64,000 bases of DNA from Fibrobacteria bacterium (GCA_043732185.1 JAYTHY010000052.1:1-64000); one strand, 5' to 3'; shown: positions 9,096 to 18,849, counted from the first letter of the stretch. The notes: generated by a model from the letters alone, not told the origin. Translations and numbers: made by a program.

Positions 9096-9596
9096 ATGCA
9101 CTTGGGTCAGCCTTCCAAAAATTACGGTCCCTCACTCCTGCAAAAGCAAGCGACGCAACAAGCACTGCTTGTTAAAATGCGAACTCGACTTGCAGGAGGT
9201 TCAGAATTTGAGACTCAATTAAATGCCCGTCGCAAAATTCTGGCCCATAAGCAGACTTTTAATTGGACATCCAGGGCTGGCATAGCCCTTATCCTTATTC
9301 TGGTCAATCTCGCATATTTAGGTTACCACGGTGACACCAAGACTAAAGTGGTGGCTCCCCATGCCGAAATGCTAAAAGCCCCTAGCTCTGACCTAAGCAA
9401 TGAAAGTCAAGCATTGTATTGGGCCTATGCGCTTTATGACTTTGCATTGCTAAAAAAGAATTTTGACCCTCACGGCGCCGTAGTGATAGATGCAAAAATA
9501 GCCAAAACAAAACTGATGGAACTATTACCTAAAGTAGACGCTCGCACTCGTTATATTATCGAATCCTACCTCCCTCCAACCCGGAAAAGTTCATGA
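9096..9596 (+). CDS. Hypothetical single-TM protein, first gene of the minor-pilin cassette
   Basis: AAGGGG SD; one TM (AGIALILILVNLAYLGY); ATGA overlap with the next gene. Confidence 0.75.
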   Translation: MHLGQPSKNYGPSLLQKQATQQALLVKMRTRLAGGSEFETQLNARRKILAHKQTFNWTSRAGIALILILVNLAYLGYHGDTKTKVVAPHAEMLKAPSSDLSNESQALYWAYALYDFALLKKNFDPHGAVVIDAKIAKTKLMELLPKVDARTRYIIESYLPPTRKSS

Positions 9597-10000
9597 ACCC
9601 GTTTAAGCATGAAAATAAATTTCAAGGTGGATTTAGCCTTATTGAAATATTGGTGTCTGCGGTGATCGTTGGAATACTAGCCGTTTCAATTTTTTACTTC
9701 CTTAATTCCCAGAACAAAATAAGCCTTCGAGGAAACGATGTTGTAAAGGGAACACACCTAGGTAAACTGAAATTCGACTCCTTAAAAGTGGCCGACTATG
9801 TTGATTTGGTATCCGGTTCAGATACCGTCATGGATCGATACATTCGGTCCTGGCATATAACACCTCAGCGTGGAAGCGATGGCCTTCTGAACGGTCGTAA
9901 ACAGATTGACATGTCCATTATATGGCCATTGACAGCGGAACATTCTCTGAGCTTTGCTTCCCTCAAAAGCGATGACAAATATAAAGAGGTGGCGCCATGA
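9593..10000 (+). CDS. Type IV prepilin-like protein (PilV-like)
   Basis: Class III signal G/FSLIEILVSAVIVGIL; ATGA overlaps on both sides. Confidence 0.9.
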   Translation: MNPFKHENKFQGGFSLIEILVSAVIVGILAVSIFYFLNSQNKISLRGNDVVKGTHLGKLKFDSLKVADYVDLVSGSDTVMDRYIRSWHITPQRGSDGLLNGRKQIDMSIIWPLTAEHSLSFASLKSDDKYKEVAP

Positions 10001-10764
10001 AGTTTAAAAACAAAAAGCATTTATTCGACCAAGGTGGCTTCACGCTGGTAGAATTATTGGTTGGAATGGTGGTGTCTGGATTTGTTATGGCAGGAGCCTA
10101 CAGTCTTTGGACTACCCAACATCATGAGGGTTATCGTCTCGAAAAAAAAACAGCGTTACGAAATGAGATTGCCCTTTCTTCTAAAAAGTTGCAACGCTCC
10201 ATTACCCTAGCTGGAATAGGTCTGAATGGGGCAGCGTTTATGGTTAAAGCGGATGCAGTGGGTACGGACTCATTGATTATTTACACAAATGCGGCTGAAA
10301 AAAAATCGGACTTAACCTACGACATCAGTCCAGATGCAAATGAAATCCACGTTGCAAACCCCTCGGTGTTTGCCGGTGCCGGTTATATAGCTGTCAGTTC
10401 ACTTGGCAGTGGTGAAGTCCGGCATATAAATAAAATTGAAGGGTCCACGATAACCGTCGATAAAGGGTTTAGTCGATCTTTTCCGGCAGCGAGTTGCAAA
10501 GTGTATCCAGCGCTTCGAGAACGCTATTTTACGGATCAAGAAAACAGTAATCTTCTTTGGGATCGAAATGGAACAATTACCGTTATGGCTGAGAATATCA
10601 GGAATTTTCAAGTTTCTTTTTGGAACAGCCATGGTGAATCCACTGAAATCCAGAAGGACATTCGTACTGTGCAATTCTCATTTACCGGCATCTTTCCAGC
10701 CAAGGAAGGTGCGCTGACTAGCATAGTATTCTCTTCCACCGCAATACCAAGGAACACCTTATGA
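9997..10764 (+). CDS. Type IV prepilin-like protein (PilW-like)
   Basis: QGG/FTLVELLVGMVV; LQRSITLAG helix; AENIRNFQVSF. Confidence 0.9.
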   Translation: MKFKNKKHLFDQGGFTLVELLVGMVVSGFVMAGAYSLWTTQHHEGYRLEKKTALRNEIALSSKKLQRSITLAGIGLNGAAFMVKADAVGTDSLIIYTNAAEKKSDLTYDISPDANEIHVANPSVFAGAGYIAVSSLGSGEVRHINKIEGSTITVDKGFSRSFPAASCKVYPALRERYFTDQENSNLLWDRNGTITVMAENIRNFQVSFWNSHGESTEIQKDIRTVQFSFTGIFPAKEGALTSIVFSSTAIPRNTL

Positions 10765-11645
10765 AAAACCATTCACATGATTTCCAAAAAAGCATTGATG
10801 AAGGTGGATCGATGATTGGGAAGTCGCAATCGGGTGGTGGACTTTTGGTAGTGATTGCCGTTCTAGGATTGCTTATCGTTCTGGTTCAGGGCTCTATGTT
10901 TTACCGTGCAAAATCAAGCGCTAAATTTATTGGATCTGAGAAAAATCAAATTCTTGCGCAACAGTTAGCTGAAGCTGGTGTTGAAGATAATATTGCGGCA
11001 ATTGGCCGGCGTCAGCTAAAAGTTACGGGAAGTATGGTCGACTATACCTCTTTTGATCACAAGGCATTGGGAACCGGTGTCTATACAAGTAAGCTGACAA
11101 CGGTTGCAGTAGGTGCTGTAGCCGATACCGTAGACTTGACATCAACAGGAATGGTAGGGACCGCAAGTCAGAAAATTCAGGCTAGACTGCGGTTAAAAAA
11201 GTATTTAGATACGACTCGCACAACTCTTTTAAAAGTTTTGCCGGAAACGACTTTGACTTTTTACACACATATTGTTCCGGAAACTACCACGACCACTACC
11301 GTAAAAGATCCAATGACCCTGCCAGCGCTCAATACCACTGCTGCTTATACTGCTTGCATGTCATCCAGCGGAAAGAAGTGTGATGTTTGCCATCTGCCAG
11401 GAGGTGACCTTAAGAAGGCCAATGTTATCAATATTGCTAAATCCGCAATCGGGGCCCATATTACTGACCATGGTGACTATGTCACAACGGATGGATCCTG
11501 CGATGTCTACAAACCGAAAATAACGATAAAGGTGACCAGTAAATCCGTTATTGACACCACCCGGACCATTGCAGATTTAACTACGTACGATACTACGGTT
11601 GTAATTGATACTTTAATCAAGACCCAATTTTTATCTTGGAAATAG
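10761..11645 (+). CDS. PilX-like minor pilin with an inserted Cys/His (CxxCH...H..HGD...C) module
   Basis: SQSGGGLLVVIAVLGLL (no Glu5, as is typical of PilX/GspK); AQQLAEAGVE; terminal LSWK. True start may be the ATG of MIGKSQ. Confidence 0.85.
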   Translation: MKNHSHDFQKSIDEGGSMIGKSQSGGGLLVVIAVLGLLIVLVQGSMFYRAKSSAKFIGSEKNQILAQQLAEAGVEDNIAAIGRRQLKVTGSMVDYTSFDHKALGTGVYTSKLTTVAVGAVADTVDLTSTGMVGTASQKIQARLRLKKYLDTTRTTLLKVLPETTLTFYTHIVPETTTTTTVKDPMTLPALNTTAAYTACMSSSGKKCDVCHLPGGDLKKANVINIAKSAIGAHITDHGDYVTTDGSCDVYKPKITIKVTSKSVIDTTRTIADLTTYDTTVVIDTLIKTQFLSWK

Positions 11646-11671
11646 GGATAGAAATCGTAATAGGAATCGGG
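11642..11671. repeat. Degenerate hexamer tandem repeat, 5 units, between convergent genes
   Basis: ataggg-atagaa-atcgta-atagga-atcggg. Confidence 0.5.
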
Positions 11672-11674
11672 AAA

Positions 11675-12199
11675 TTAAGGAACCATAGCAGGTACAGTCA
11701 CATAACTGGGAACCCAAAGAGTGCGGTTCCCGTCCGTTTTGAGAATCAGGGAATAGCTTCCATTTTTTTTGAAATCGGATCGCAACCATTCCTGGCTTCC
11801 GGAATTGGCATCAATCATGGGATATAAGGCTTTACTTCTATTGAGGTAGACGATTTTCCAACTGCCTTCGGGAACGCGGAACACTCTGGTTGAATCCGCT
11901 TGAACCGAATCGATTTTTTTGGCATTGGCCGCATTGGCCCAGTCCACGGAAGTTCCTGGATAGAGGTAAAAAGTCAGAGTACTTGGGTCTTGTTTAATTT
12001 GATTCGTGATGATCAAACTTGCTGTTCCAGTGGAAATAGAATCCGCAGGTTTAGCATCTGATATATCCACAGGTGTGCAACTTGATAGCAGCATTACGGT
12101 CCAAATCAAGGCCATGGAAACAAAAGTGCACAAAAGGCCTAACGGCCCGAACCCACGTGTTTTTAAATAATCGGACATAGCATAATCTCCCTTGCACAT
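11675..12199 (-). CDS. Hypothetical lipoprotein
   Basis: Hydrophobic signal ending in lipobox LSSC; likely start at MSDY with a GGGAG SD. Confidence 0.75.
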   Translation of the reverse strand: MCKGDYAMSDYLKTRGFGPLGLLCTFVSMALIWTVMLLSSCTPVDISDAKPADSISTGTASLIITNQIKQDPSTLTFYLYPGTSVDWANAANAKKIDSVQADSTRVFRVPEGSWKIVYLNRSKALYPMIDANSGSQEWLRSDFKKNGSYSLILKTDGNRTLWVPSYVTVPAMVP

Positions 12200-12206
12200 T
12201 CTAGCA

Positions 12207-13355
12207 TTAGCGATAGACCCGTTCCACTCTGTTTCCTAAAGAACAAATAATGTCATAGGTATGGGTGTGCTTCCAACGGGCCCAATCCTCAATAGTAATT
12301 TCCTTTTGGCGGGATTTACCCACGAGTATGACCTGGTCCCCTACTTTAGATTCCGGGCATGGCCCCAAATCTACCGTTAAATAATCCATGGAGACTCGCC
12401 CGATAATTGGACACGCCTGGCCTCGAATAAGCACATGTCCGGAATTGCTGGCCGCCAATGGAACGCCGTCTGCATAACCCGCTGGCACGGTACCCACCCA
12501 GGATTTTTCCTTGAGAATATACGTGCACCCATACCCCACCGTAAATCCAGCCGGAAGCTGCCTTTTGGCAAGCAAAGTTGTTTTAATGGAAAGCGAAGGC
12601 TTTAGATTATAGGTCCGCCTTCCAGCTAGGTCAAATACGCCGTAAAGGTTGATCCCCGTTCTGACCATATTGAAATAGGAATCCCGGTAATTATTAATAC
12701 CATCTGAATTAGCCATATGGACAATTGGAAAGTGGATTCCATCCTGTGATAGTTTTTCTAGCAACTGTCGAAACAGCTTCAACTGCTCGCCGGATTTGCC
12801 ATCCGATGGAGTATTGGCATTAGGAAAATGGGAATAAATCCCTTCAAAGACCAGATTCGGTAGTTTCAGAATGCTATGAATGATGCCATACGCTTCAAAA
12901 TATGGAATCCCCAATCGCCCCATTCCGGTATCCACCTTGATATGGACCGTTGCCTTCCGGCCCTGCTGATGCGCTGATTGGGAGATGATTTTGGCCGTAG
13001 CTAAATCAGGAACAGGACAGATTATACCGAGTCGCACGCAGTCCGGGATTTCCGATGCCAATAGTCCACCTATAATTTGCACCGGCACCGGTACGCGTAA
13101 CTTTTTAACCCGTTTTATCAAAACTTCGGCTTCTTTAAATTCAGCTACCCCAAACCGGTCGACTCCAGCCGCTATCAGGGTATCCGCAATAGGTCCGGCC
13201 CCAAGCCCATAGGCATTGGCCTTGAGCACGGCCATAATTTTGGCCGGCTCCACGGTTTTTCGGATTTTGGAAAAATTTCCCCGGATGGCACTGAGTTGTA
13301 TTTCCAGTCGAACCCTAGAAGGAATGGGTAGATTCAATCGCGTGCCACTCATCAT
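12207..13355 (-). CDS. alr: Alanine racemase
   Basis: AVLKANAYGLG, HIKVDTGMGRLG, VGYG, GYADG, GRVSMD. Confidence 0.97.
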   Translation of the reverse strand: MMSGTRLNLPIPSRVRLEIQLSAIRGNFSKIRKTVEPAKIMAVLKANAYGLGAGPIADTLIAAGVDRFGVAEFKEAEVLIKRVKKLRVPVPVQIIGGLLASEIPDCVRLGIICPVPDLATAKIISQSAHQQGRKATVHIKVDTGMGRLGIPYFEAYGIIHSILKLPNLVFEGIYSHFPNANTPSDGKSGEQLKLFRQLLEKLSQDGIHFPIVHMANSDGINNYRDSYFNMVRTGINLYGVFDLAGRRTYNLKPSLSIKTTLLAKRQLPAGFTVGYGCTYILKEKSWVGTVPAGYADGVPLAASNSGHVLIRGQACPIIGRVSMDYLTVDLGPCPESKVGDQVILVGKSRQKEITIEDWARWKHTHTYDIICSLGNRVERVYR

Positions 13356-13471
13356 CTAGATCAATTTAACATTATAAATTCCTACATTTAGACGACATGG
13401 AAGCCAAAGATTCCCCTTCCCTTGCCTTAAGATCGGTCGGTAATATCTCCAACTTTATTGAAAGAAGGTAT

Positions 13472-14653
13472 ATGCGAAGCATCTTCTCCTTATTCTTGGC
13501 TACTGGGCTTATATCCCTGTCCAGCAACAGCTTAGCTGATGAAATGCATCGAGGCGAAAATTTGACCAATGGCGTTTTCAGCAATAAGGATATTTCCGAC
13601 GCCAGTTTTCTTGGATGCAATTTGGACAATGCCAGGTTCAACCAAACCATTGGTTTAAAGGCTTCCTTCCAAGGATCCAAGGGCAAGAATGTCAATTTTT
13701 CTTCGATGCAAGTATCCGATGTAGACTTTCATGATGGCCAATTTCCGCAAGGTGATTTTCACAATTCCGATTTGCGGGGCAGCAATTTCAAACACACTGT
13801 GTTAAGTGACGCAAATTTCCACAGTGCTGTCCTTCTCGATGCCAACTTTGAGGGAGCGGACCTCAGCAAAGCCAATTTTGTTGATTCAAAATTCAACGAG
13901 CGCATTACCTTTGCCAAAGCCAATTTATCCGGTGCTATGTTTAAAAACAATAGTCTGGAACAATCGGATTTTTCCAAGGCAAATTTAAATGATGCCAGTT
14001 TTCTGGCCGTTAAATTCGAAGGTTCCAATTTTAATGGGGCCACGGTGAACCGTGTCAATTTTTCCGAATCCAATCTGACCAACGCAGATTTATCTCATCT
14101 CAATTTTATCATAGCCAACTTCCAGTCCACGGCACTGGTCGAAGCCAATTTAAAAGGCTCTACCTTTAGCGATTCAAAATTCGATAAGGCGGAATTCCAA
14201 TATTCCAAATTCAATGGAGCGGTTTTCAAAAATTGCAGTTTCAATAACGCCTCCTTCTACCGCATCGAGATTGACGGGGTTAATTTCGCCGGTGCCTCGA
14301 TGAATGCAAGTGTCTTTGACATCAAATCCATGGAAAAAGTCAACTTTCACGGGGCGAAACTGGAACGGGTCAAATTCACCTGCGAGAAATTGAGTCGTGT
14401 GGATTTTTCCGGGGCCAATCTCAAGTTCGCTGATTTTTCCGGTGTGCGGCTCTACAATTGTGATTTTACAGGTGCGGACCTCAACAATGCTCGATTTGAT
14501 AGCGGTTACCTAACTGCCTGTGATTTTTCTGGAGCCAATCTATCTACCGTATACTGGGATGCCGACAATCTCAAGAAAAACCTTTTCAACGGCGAAACCC
14601 GGTTCCCCAAATCCTATACCCCAGTACCCAGCCAGATGCGAGCTCGCAAGTAA
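13472..14653 (+). CDS. Secreted pentapeptide-repeat protein
   Basis: Continuous A(N/D)(F/L)xx repeats over ~350 aa. Start at 13472 (GAAGG SD) gives signal peptide MRSIFSLFLATGLISLSSNSLA. The track start is 13397. Confidence 0.92.
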   Translation: MRSIFSLFLATGLISLSSNSLADEMHRGENLTNGVFSNKDISDASFLGCNLDNARFNQTIGLKASFQGSKGKNVNFSSMQVSDVDFHDGQFPQGDFHNSDLRGSNFKHTVLSDANFHSAVLLDANFEGADLSKANFVDSKFNERITFAKANLSGAMFKNNSLEQSDFSKANLNDASFLAVKFEGSNFNGATVNRVNFSESNLTNADLSHLNFIIANFQSTALVEANLKGSTFSDSKFDKAEFQYSKFNGAVFKNCSFNNASFYRIEIDGVNFAGASMNASVFDIKSMEKVNFHGAKLERVKFTCEKLSRVDFSGANLKFADFSGVRLYNCDFTGADLNNARFDSGYLTACDFSGANLSTVYWDADNLKKNLFNGETRFPKSYTPVPSQMRARK

Positions 14654-14680
14654 TTCACCTAAATTTCTATATCTTGTGGT

Positions 14681-15979
14681 ATGCGCCGCCCATTATTGCC
14701 CGTTGATGCCACTGAACTCGTCTATGAAATTCGTGAAATTGTAAAAACCGCACAGCTTTTCCAGAAATTCGGCATTGAAATATGCTGGGAAAACATTGGT
14801 GATCCGGTAGCCAAAGGAACTCCAATTCCTGAGTGGATGAAAGCTATCGTTGGTGATTTGGCCAAACAATCTCTCAGCTATGCGTATTGCCCAACTAAAG
14901 GCGTTCTTGAAACGCGAAAATTTCTAGCCAAAAAGAACAACGCGGTTGGTGGTGTCCAAATCGATGCCGAAGACATTTTATTCTGTAATGGTTTGGGCGA
15001 TGCCATTTCCAAGGTTTACCAATATTTGGACCCGAAGGCGCGTGTTATCGGGCCCTCACCTGGATATTCTACCCACTCCTCAGCCGAAGGCGATCACGCC
15101 AACCGGCCGCCCATTACCTACCGGATGGATCCGAACAACCATTGGTATCCGGATTTGGAAGACCTGCGGACACAGTTAAAGGCCGATCCGAATATCGTTG
15201 GAATCCTGCTCATCAATCCCGATAATCCCACGGGTATGGTCTATCCAGAAAAGATTTTGCGAGAATTCATTGCGCTTGCTGAGGAATTCGATCTCTTTAT
15301 CATCTCAGATGAGATTTACACCCACATCACCTTTAATGGTGCAGAAGCCGTACCCTTGGCAAAAGTCATTGGCAACGTTTGTGGTATTGCCATGAAGGGC
15401 ATTTCTAAGGAATTTCCATGGCCGGGTTCACGTTGTGGCTGGTTGGAATTTTATAATACCTCTAAGGATTCCCATTTTGGAAAATTGGTGAAGACCATTG
15501 AGGATGCCAAGATGCTGGAGGTTTGTTCGACCACTTTGCCCCAAATGGCTATTCCAGCCATCATGTCTCATCCGGAATTTCCGGCTCATCGCGCTTCCTT
15601 AAATCTGGACATACAAAAACGCGGGGATGTAGTTCTAGACACGCTTTCTGACATACCTGGCTTAATGGTAAATAAAACCTATGGTGCCTTTTACACTTCC
15701 ATTATTTTCAAAACCGGAATGTTGAAGCCGTCCCAACAATTGAAGGTCCAGAATCCAGAAGCGAAAACCTTGGTTGAAAAATTAGTGGTTGGTGTCCCAC
15801 TCGACAAACGGTTTGTGTACTATGTCTTGGCCGCTACTGGTATTTGCGTCGTGCCGATTTCGTCCTTTTGCTCAGACTTGGATGGCTTTCGGGTCACGTT
15901 GCTGGAGGAGAATCCAGAAAAAATGCGCTGGATGTATCAGCGGCTTCGGGCGGCTATTTTAGAATACCTTGCCTCTTGA
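14681..15979 (+). CDS. PLP-dependent class I/II aminotransferase
   Basis: WENIGDP, INPDNPTG, ISDEIY, GISKEFPWPGSRCGW. Confidence 0.93.
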   Translation: MRRPLLPVDATELVYEIREIVKTAQLFQKFGIEICWENIGDPVAKGTPIPEWMKAIVGDLAKQSLSYAYCPTKGVLETRKFLAKKNNAVGGVQIDAEDILFCNGLGDAISKVYQYLDPKARVIGPSPGYSTHSSAEGDHANRPPITYRMDPNNHWYPDLEDLRTQLKADPNIVGILLINPDNPTGMVYPEKILREFIALAEEFDLFIISDEIYTHITFNGAEAVPLAKVIGNVCGIAMKGISKEFPWPGSRCGWLEFYNTSKDSHFGKLVKTIEDAKMLEVCSTTLPQMAIPAIMSHPEFPAHRASLNLDIQKRGDVVLDTLSDIPGLMVNKTYGAFYTSIIFKTGMLKPSQQLKVQNPEAKTLVEKLVVGVPLDKRFVYYVLAATGICVVPISSFCSDLDGFRVTLLEENPEKMRWMYQRLRAAILEYLAS

Positions 15980-16960
15980 TTCTTCCTTAGGAGTCTGGCG
16001 GGTGCTGTCATTTTCTTGGCTATCATCAGGAGCAACATAGGGTTTACTGCGCAAGGTTTTCCAGCGCTCCTCGGACAGAATATCCGCTAGATGGGAATAT
16101 ACAGAGTCCCTTTGCGACACATCCAAAGTATCGACCTGTAGTTTTAAGCCTTTGTATAAAGCATAGTTGCGTTGCACCAAACGTTTGTGTTGCAAATAGG
16201 CATTGCTCGGTTTCTTAAAATTCCAGCTGGTAGGAGCCGGTAGCAGACAGATTAGGCTAATGACTTCATCCAAATTGAGCTGTCCGATTTCCTTTTTAAG
16301 ATAATGCCGGGCGGCTTCCCGAATGCCGAAAACATGATCATCAAACTGAGCCACGTTCAAATAGATTTCCAGAATGCGTTCTTTAGGCAGATAGTATTCC
16401 ATTTCCAATGTGATCACGGCCTCACGCACTTTTCGACTCATCTCCTTTTCACGGGAGAGATATAGATTTTTGGCTACTTGCTGCGTGATCGTACTGGCAC
16501 CACGGGCCTTTTTGCCATCCTGGTGGTTGGCGACCAAGGCGTATTCAATTTGTTCCAAATCAAATCCCTGATGATCAAAGAACTTTGCATCCTCGGCCAC
16601 CAAGGCGACTTCTTGCACGATTTTGGGTATGGAATCAAAAGGAATCCAGCTCCACTTGATGAGCGTATCCGGCGGCGGATAAATTCCCTTGACTCTGAGA
16701 CTGTCCTTAATCCGGTTCCGCTCTACGTCGATAAAGGTGGTAGAAGGCGGATTGGCATCCCGCAATTTGCGGATATCCCATAGTGAGATATATTCACCTG
16801 CACGGAAAAAGCCCCACACTAAGCCGATGAGTATGGCACCTAAGGCGATTTGATAAAGGAACCAAATGGTAAGTCCGATAAATCGGACCACCATATACAT
16901 TACGTGAGCCGTCGCTTTTACGATTTTAATGGCTTTAGAGGGTTCTAGTTTGGGTTCCAT
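15959..16960 (-). CDS. mtgA: Monofunctional peptidoglycan transglycosylase (GT51)
   Basis: AEDAKFFDHQGFD, GASTITQQVAKNLYL, RKVREA, KERILEIYLN; N-terminal TM. Confidence 0.92.
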   Translation of the reverse strand: MEPKLEPSKAIKIVKATAHVMYMVVRFIGLTIWFLYQIALGAILIGLVWGFFRAGEYISLWDIRKLRDANPPSTTFIDVERNRIKDSLRVKGIYPPPDTLIKWSWIPFDSIPKIVQEVALVAEDAKFFDHQGFDLEQIEYALVANHQDGKKARGASTITQQVAKNLYLSREKEMSRKVREAVITLEMEYYLPKERILEIYLNVAQFDDHVFGIREAARHYLKKEIGQLNLDEVISLICLLPAPTSWNFKKPSNAYLQHKRLVQRNYALYKGLKLQVDTLDVSQRDSVYSHLADILSEERWKTLRSKPYVAPDDSQENDSTRQTPKEESRGKVF

Positions 16961-17079
16961 AAGGTTTAGGACGCACTGTCCGGCACTATCATAGCCTTTT
17001 TTATGGTTTGGTAACTTAGAAAGTTCGAATTAATATTCAATTTGTCGATACATTACACAACTAAAGGTACCTCCGGAAC

Positions 17080-17904
17080 ATGACCGTCTTTCGTCCCTGC
17101 ATAGATCTCCATCAAGGAAAAGTGAAGCAAATTGTTGGCGGAACGCTGACCGAAGCTGGCATAGGTTTGCGCACCAATTTTATTTCCGAACACGATGCCG
17201 CCTGGTTTGCAAATATGTACCGCCTGGATGATTTGCCAGGCGGCCATGTGATCATGCTGGGTTCGGGGAATGAAGATCCCGCCTTGGCCGCTTTGCGCGC
17301 CTTTCCTGGGGGATTACAGGTGGGTGGCGGACTGACGGAAGCCAATATTCTTCCCTTTTTGGAAGCCGGTGCCAGCCAGGTCATTCTGACCTCATGGCTC
17401 TTTCCATTGGGGAAATTCAGTTTGGAAAGACTCAAACGTCTCTCCACTTTGGCGGGTCGAAATCGGCTAGTTGTGGATTTGAGTTGTCGACGTCGGGGGC
17501 AGGATTGGTTTGTAGCCATGAACCGATGGCAAACCGTTACGGATGTGCGTATCGAGGCGCGATTATTGAACACCTTGGCTGAACACTGCCAGGAATTCCT
17601 CATCCATGCGGCAGATGTGGAAGGCCGCTGCGAGGGAATGGATTGGGACTTGGTGGACTTGCTGACCGACATCTCCCCCATCGCCACCACCTATGCCGGC
17701 GGGTCCCGGCATATTTCGGATTTGAATACATTAGCGGAACGCAGTCACGGGAAACTGGATCTTTCCATTGGCAGTGCTTTGGATATCTTTGGTGGAAATC
17801 TGGTGCGCTATGCCGATTGCGTAGGCTTTAATAAAAATAAAACTCATCCGCAACCACCAACTCCATCAGGTAGTACGCCTCCGCAAGGTCCAAAACCCGC
17901 CTGA
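17080..17904 (+). CDS. hisA: ProFAR isomerase, eukaryotic (HIS6)-type HisA
   Basis: FRPCIDLHQGKVKQIVGGTL, GGHVIMLG, LVVDLSCR, EFLIHAADVEG, LDLSIGSALDIFGG. Confidence 0.93.
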   Translation: MTVFRPCIDLHQGKVKQIVGGTLTEAGIGLRTNFISEHDAAWFANMYRLDDLPGGHVIMLGSGNEDPALAALRAFPGGLQVGGGLTEANILPFLEAGASQVILTSWLFPLGKFSLERLKRLSTLAGRNRLVVDLSCRRRGQDWFVAMNRWQTVTDVRIEARLLNTLAEHCQEFLIHAADVEGRCEGMDWDLVDLLTDISPIATTYAGGSRHISDLNTLAERSHGKLDLSIGSALDIFGGNLVRYADCVGFNKNKTHPQPPTPSGSTPPQGPKPA

Positions 17905-17913
17905 GGCGCGCGG

Positions 17914-18849
17914 TTGCCAGTTACCAGTTGCCACATGGTTGAGCCAGCCTTAGAACCCGACGCGGCGGAGTCCAAACACACTCTCGTCCAGAGTCCCAAT
18001 AAACAAGAGATTATGGATCTTTCTCTCCTGTTGGCTTCACAGGGAATGAAACATTGGATGGAATTCGATGGGCAGGAATTCAACCTCGCGGTAGAAGAGA
18101 CAGATGCGAACACGGCCCATGAGCTGATAAAAGTGTATCGCACAGAAAACCTAGGGTACCAAGTTTCGCCGGTGGCGGAATTAAATCTGGAACTCTATTT
18201 TGCCCCGCTACTGTTTCTATCGATACCCATTTTGTCCTATTTCACCGTAGAATCCCAGCCATGGGCCAATTGGTGGCATAGTCGAGGCAGCGCTGATGCC
18301 AAGGCCATTTTAGCTGGTGAATGGTGGCGTTGCCTAACCGCGACAACCTTGCATGCGGATGATTTGCATTTTATGAGCAACTTGGTATCCGGTTATTTTA
18401 TTTTGAACCTGCTCAACCACAGATTGGGAATGGGTACCATCATGGTGCTTTCCAGTCTGGGCGGCGCACTCGCAAACCTTTTGGTTGCCATGAGCTCTGG
18501 ACCCGGTCATGTGTCCATTGGTTTTTCATCCGTCGTGTTCTGCAGTTTTGGCTTACTGGGCGCGGTCGAAACGCTTTTTCTTCCCGCGCATAGCGATCGG
18601 AATTTACGTCGCTTGACGCCCATGATATCGGCATTATTTGTAGCCGTATTGGTAGGCCTCGGTGAAAATGTCGATGTGAAGGCGCATTTTTATGCGCTGG
18701 GTATTGGGGCCGCGATGGGTATCCTTACCCGGTTTATTCCCAAACAGTTGGCCCGCCCTGCATGGCAGGTTGGCCAAATACTGGTGGCCTATGCCCTGTA
18801 TGCCTTGACTTGGGCCTTGGCAACACAGGGTTCATTTTTCCACTTATAG
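17914..18849 (+). CDS. Rhomboid-family intramembrane serine protease
   Basis: GEWWRCLTATTLHAD..HFMSN, SIGFSSVVF (catalytic Ser), AHFYALGIG (catalytic His). Confidence 0.9.
   Translation: MPVTSCHMVEPALEPDAAESKHTLVQSPNKQEIMDLSLLLASQGMKHWMEFDGQEFNLAVEETDANTAHELIKVYRTENLGYQVSPVAELNLELYFAPLLFLSIPILSYFTVESQPWANWWHSRGSADAKAILAGEWWRCLTATTLHADDLHFMSNLVSGYFILNLLNHRLGMGTIMVLSSLGGALANLLVAMSSGPGHVSIGFSSVVFCSFGLLGAVETLFLPAHSDRNLRRLTPMISALFVAVLVGLGENVDVKAHFYALGIGAAMGILTRFIPKQLARPAWQVGQILVAYALYALTWALATQGSFFHL

Noticed and set aside
10142..10305. A9 and A8 runs in the pilW-like gene as phase-variation tracts
   Set aside because: The frame is intact, and such runs are common in this Lys-rich, AT-rich sequence.
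13472..14653. Qnr-type quinolone resistance gene
   Set aside because: It has a signal peptide and is about twice the length of Qnr; nothing beyond the generic repeat supports the call.
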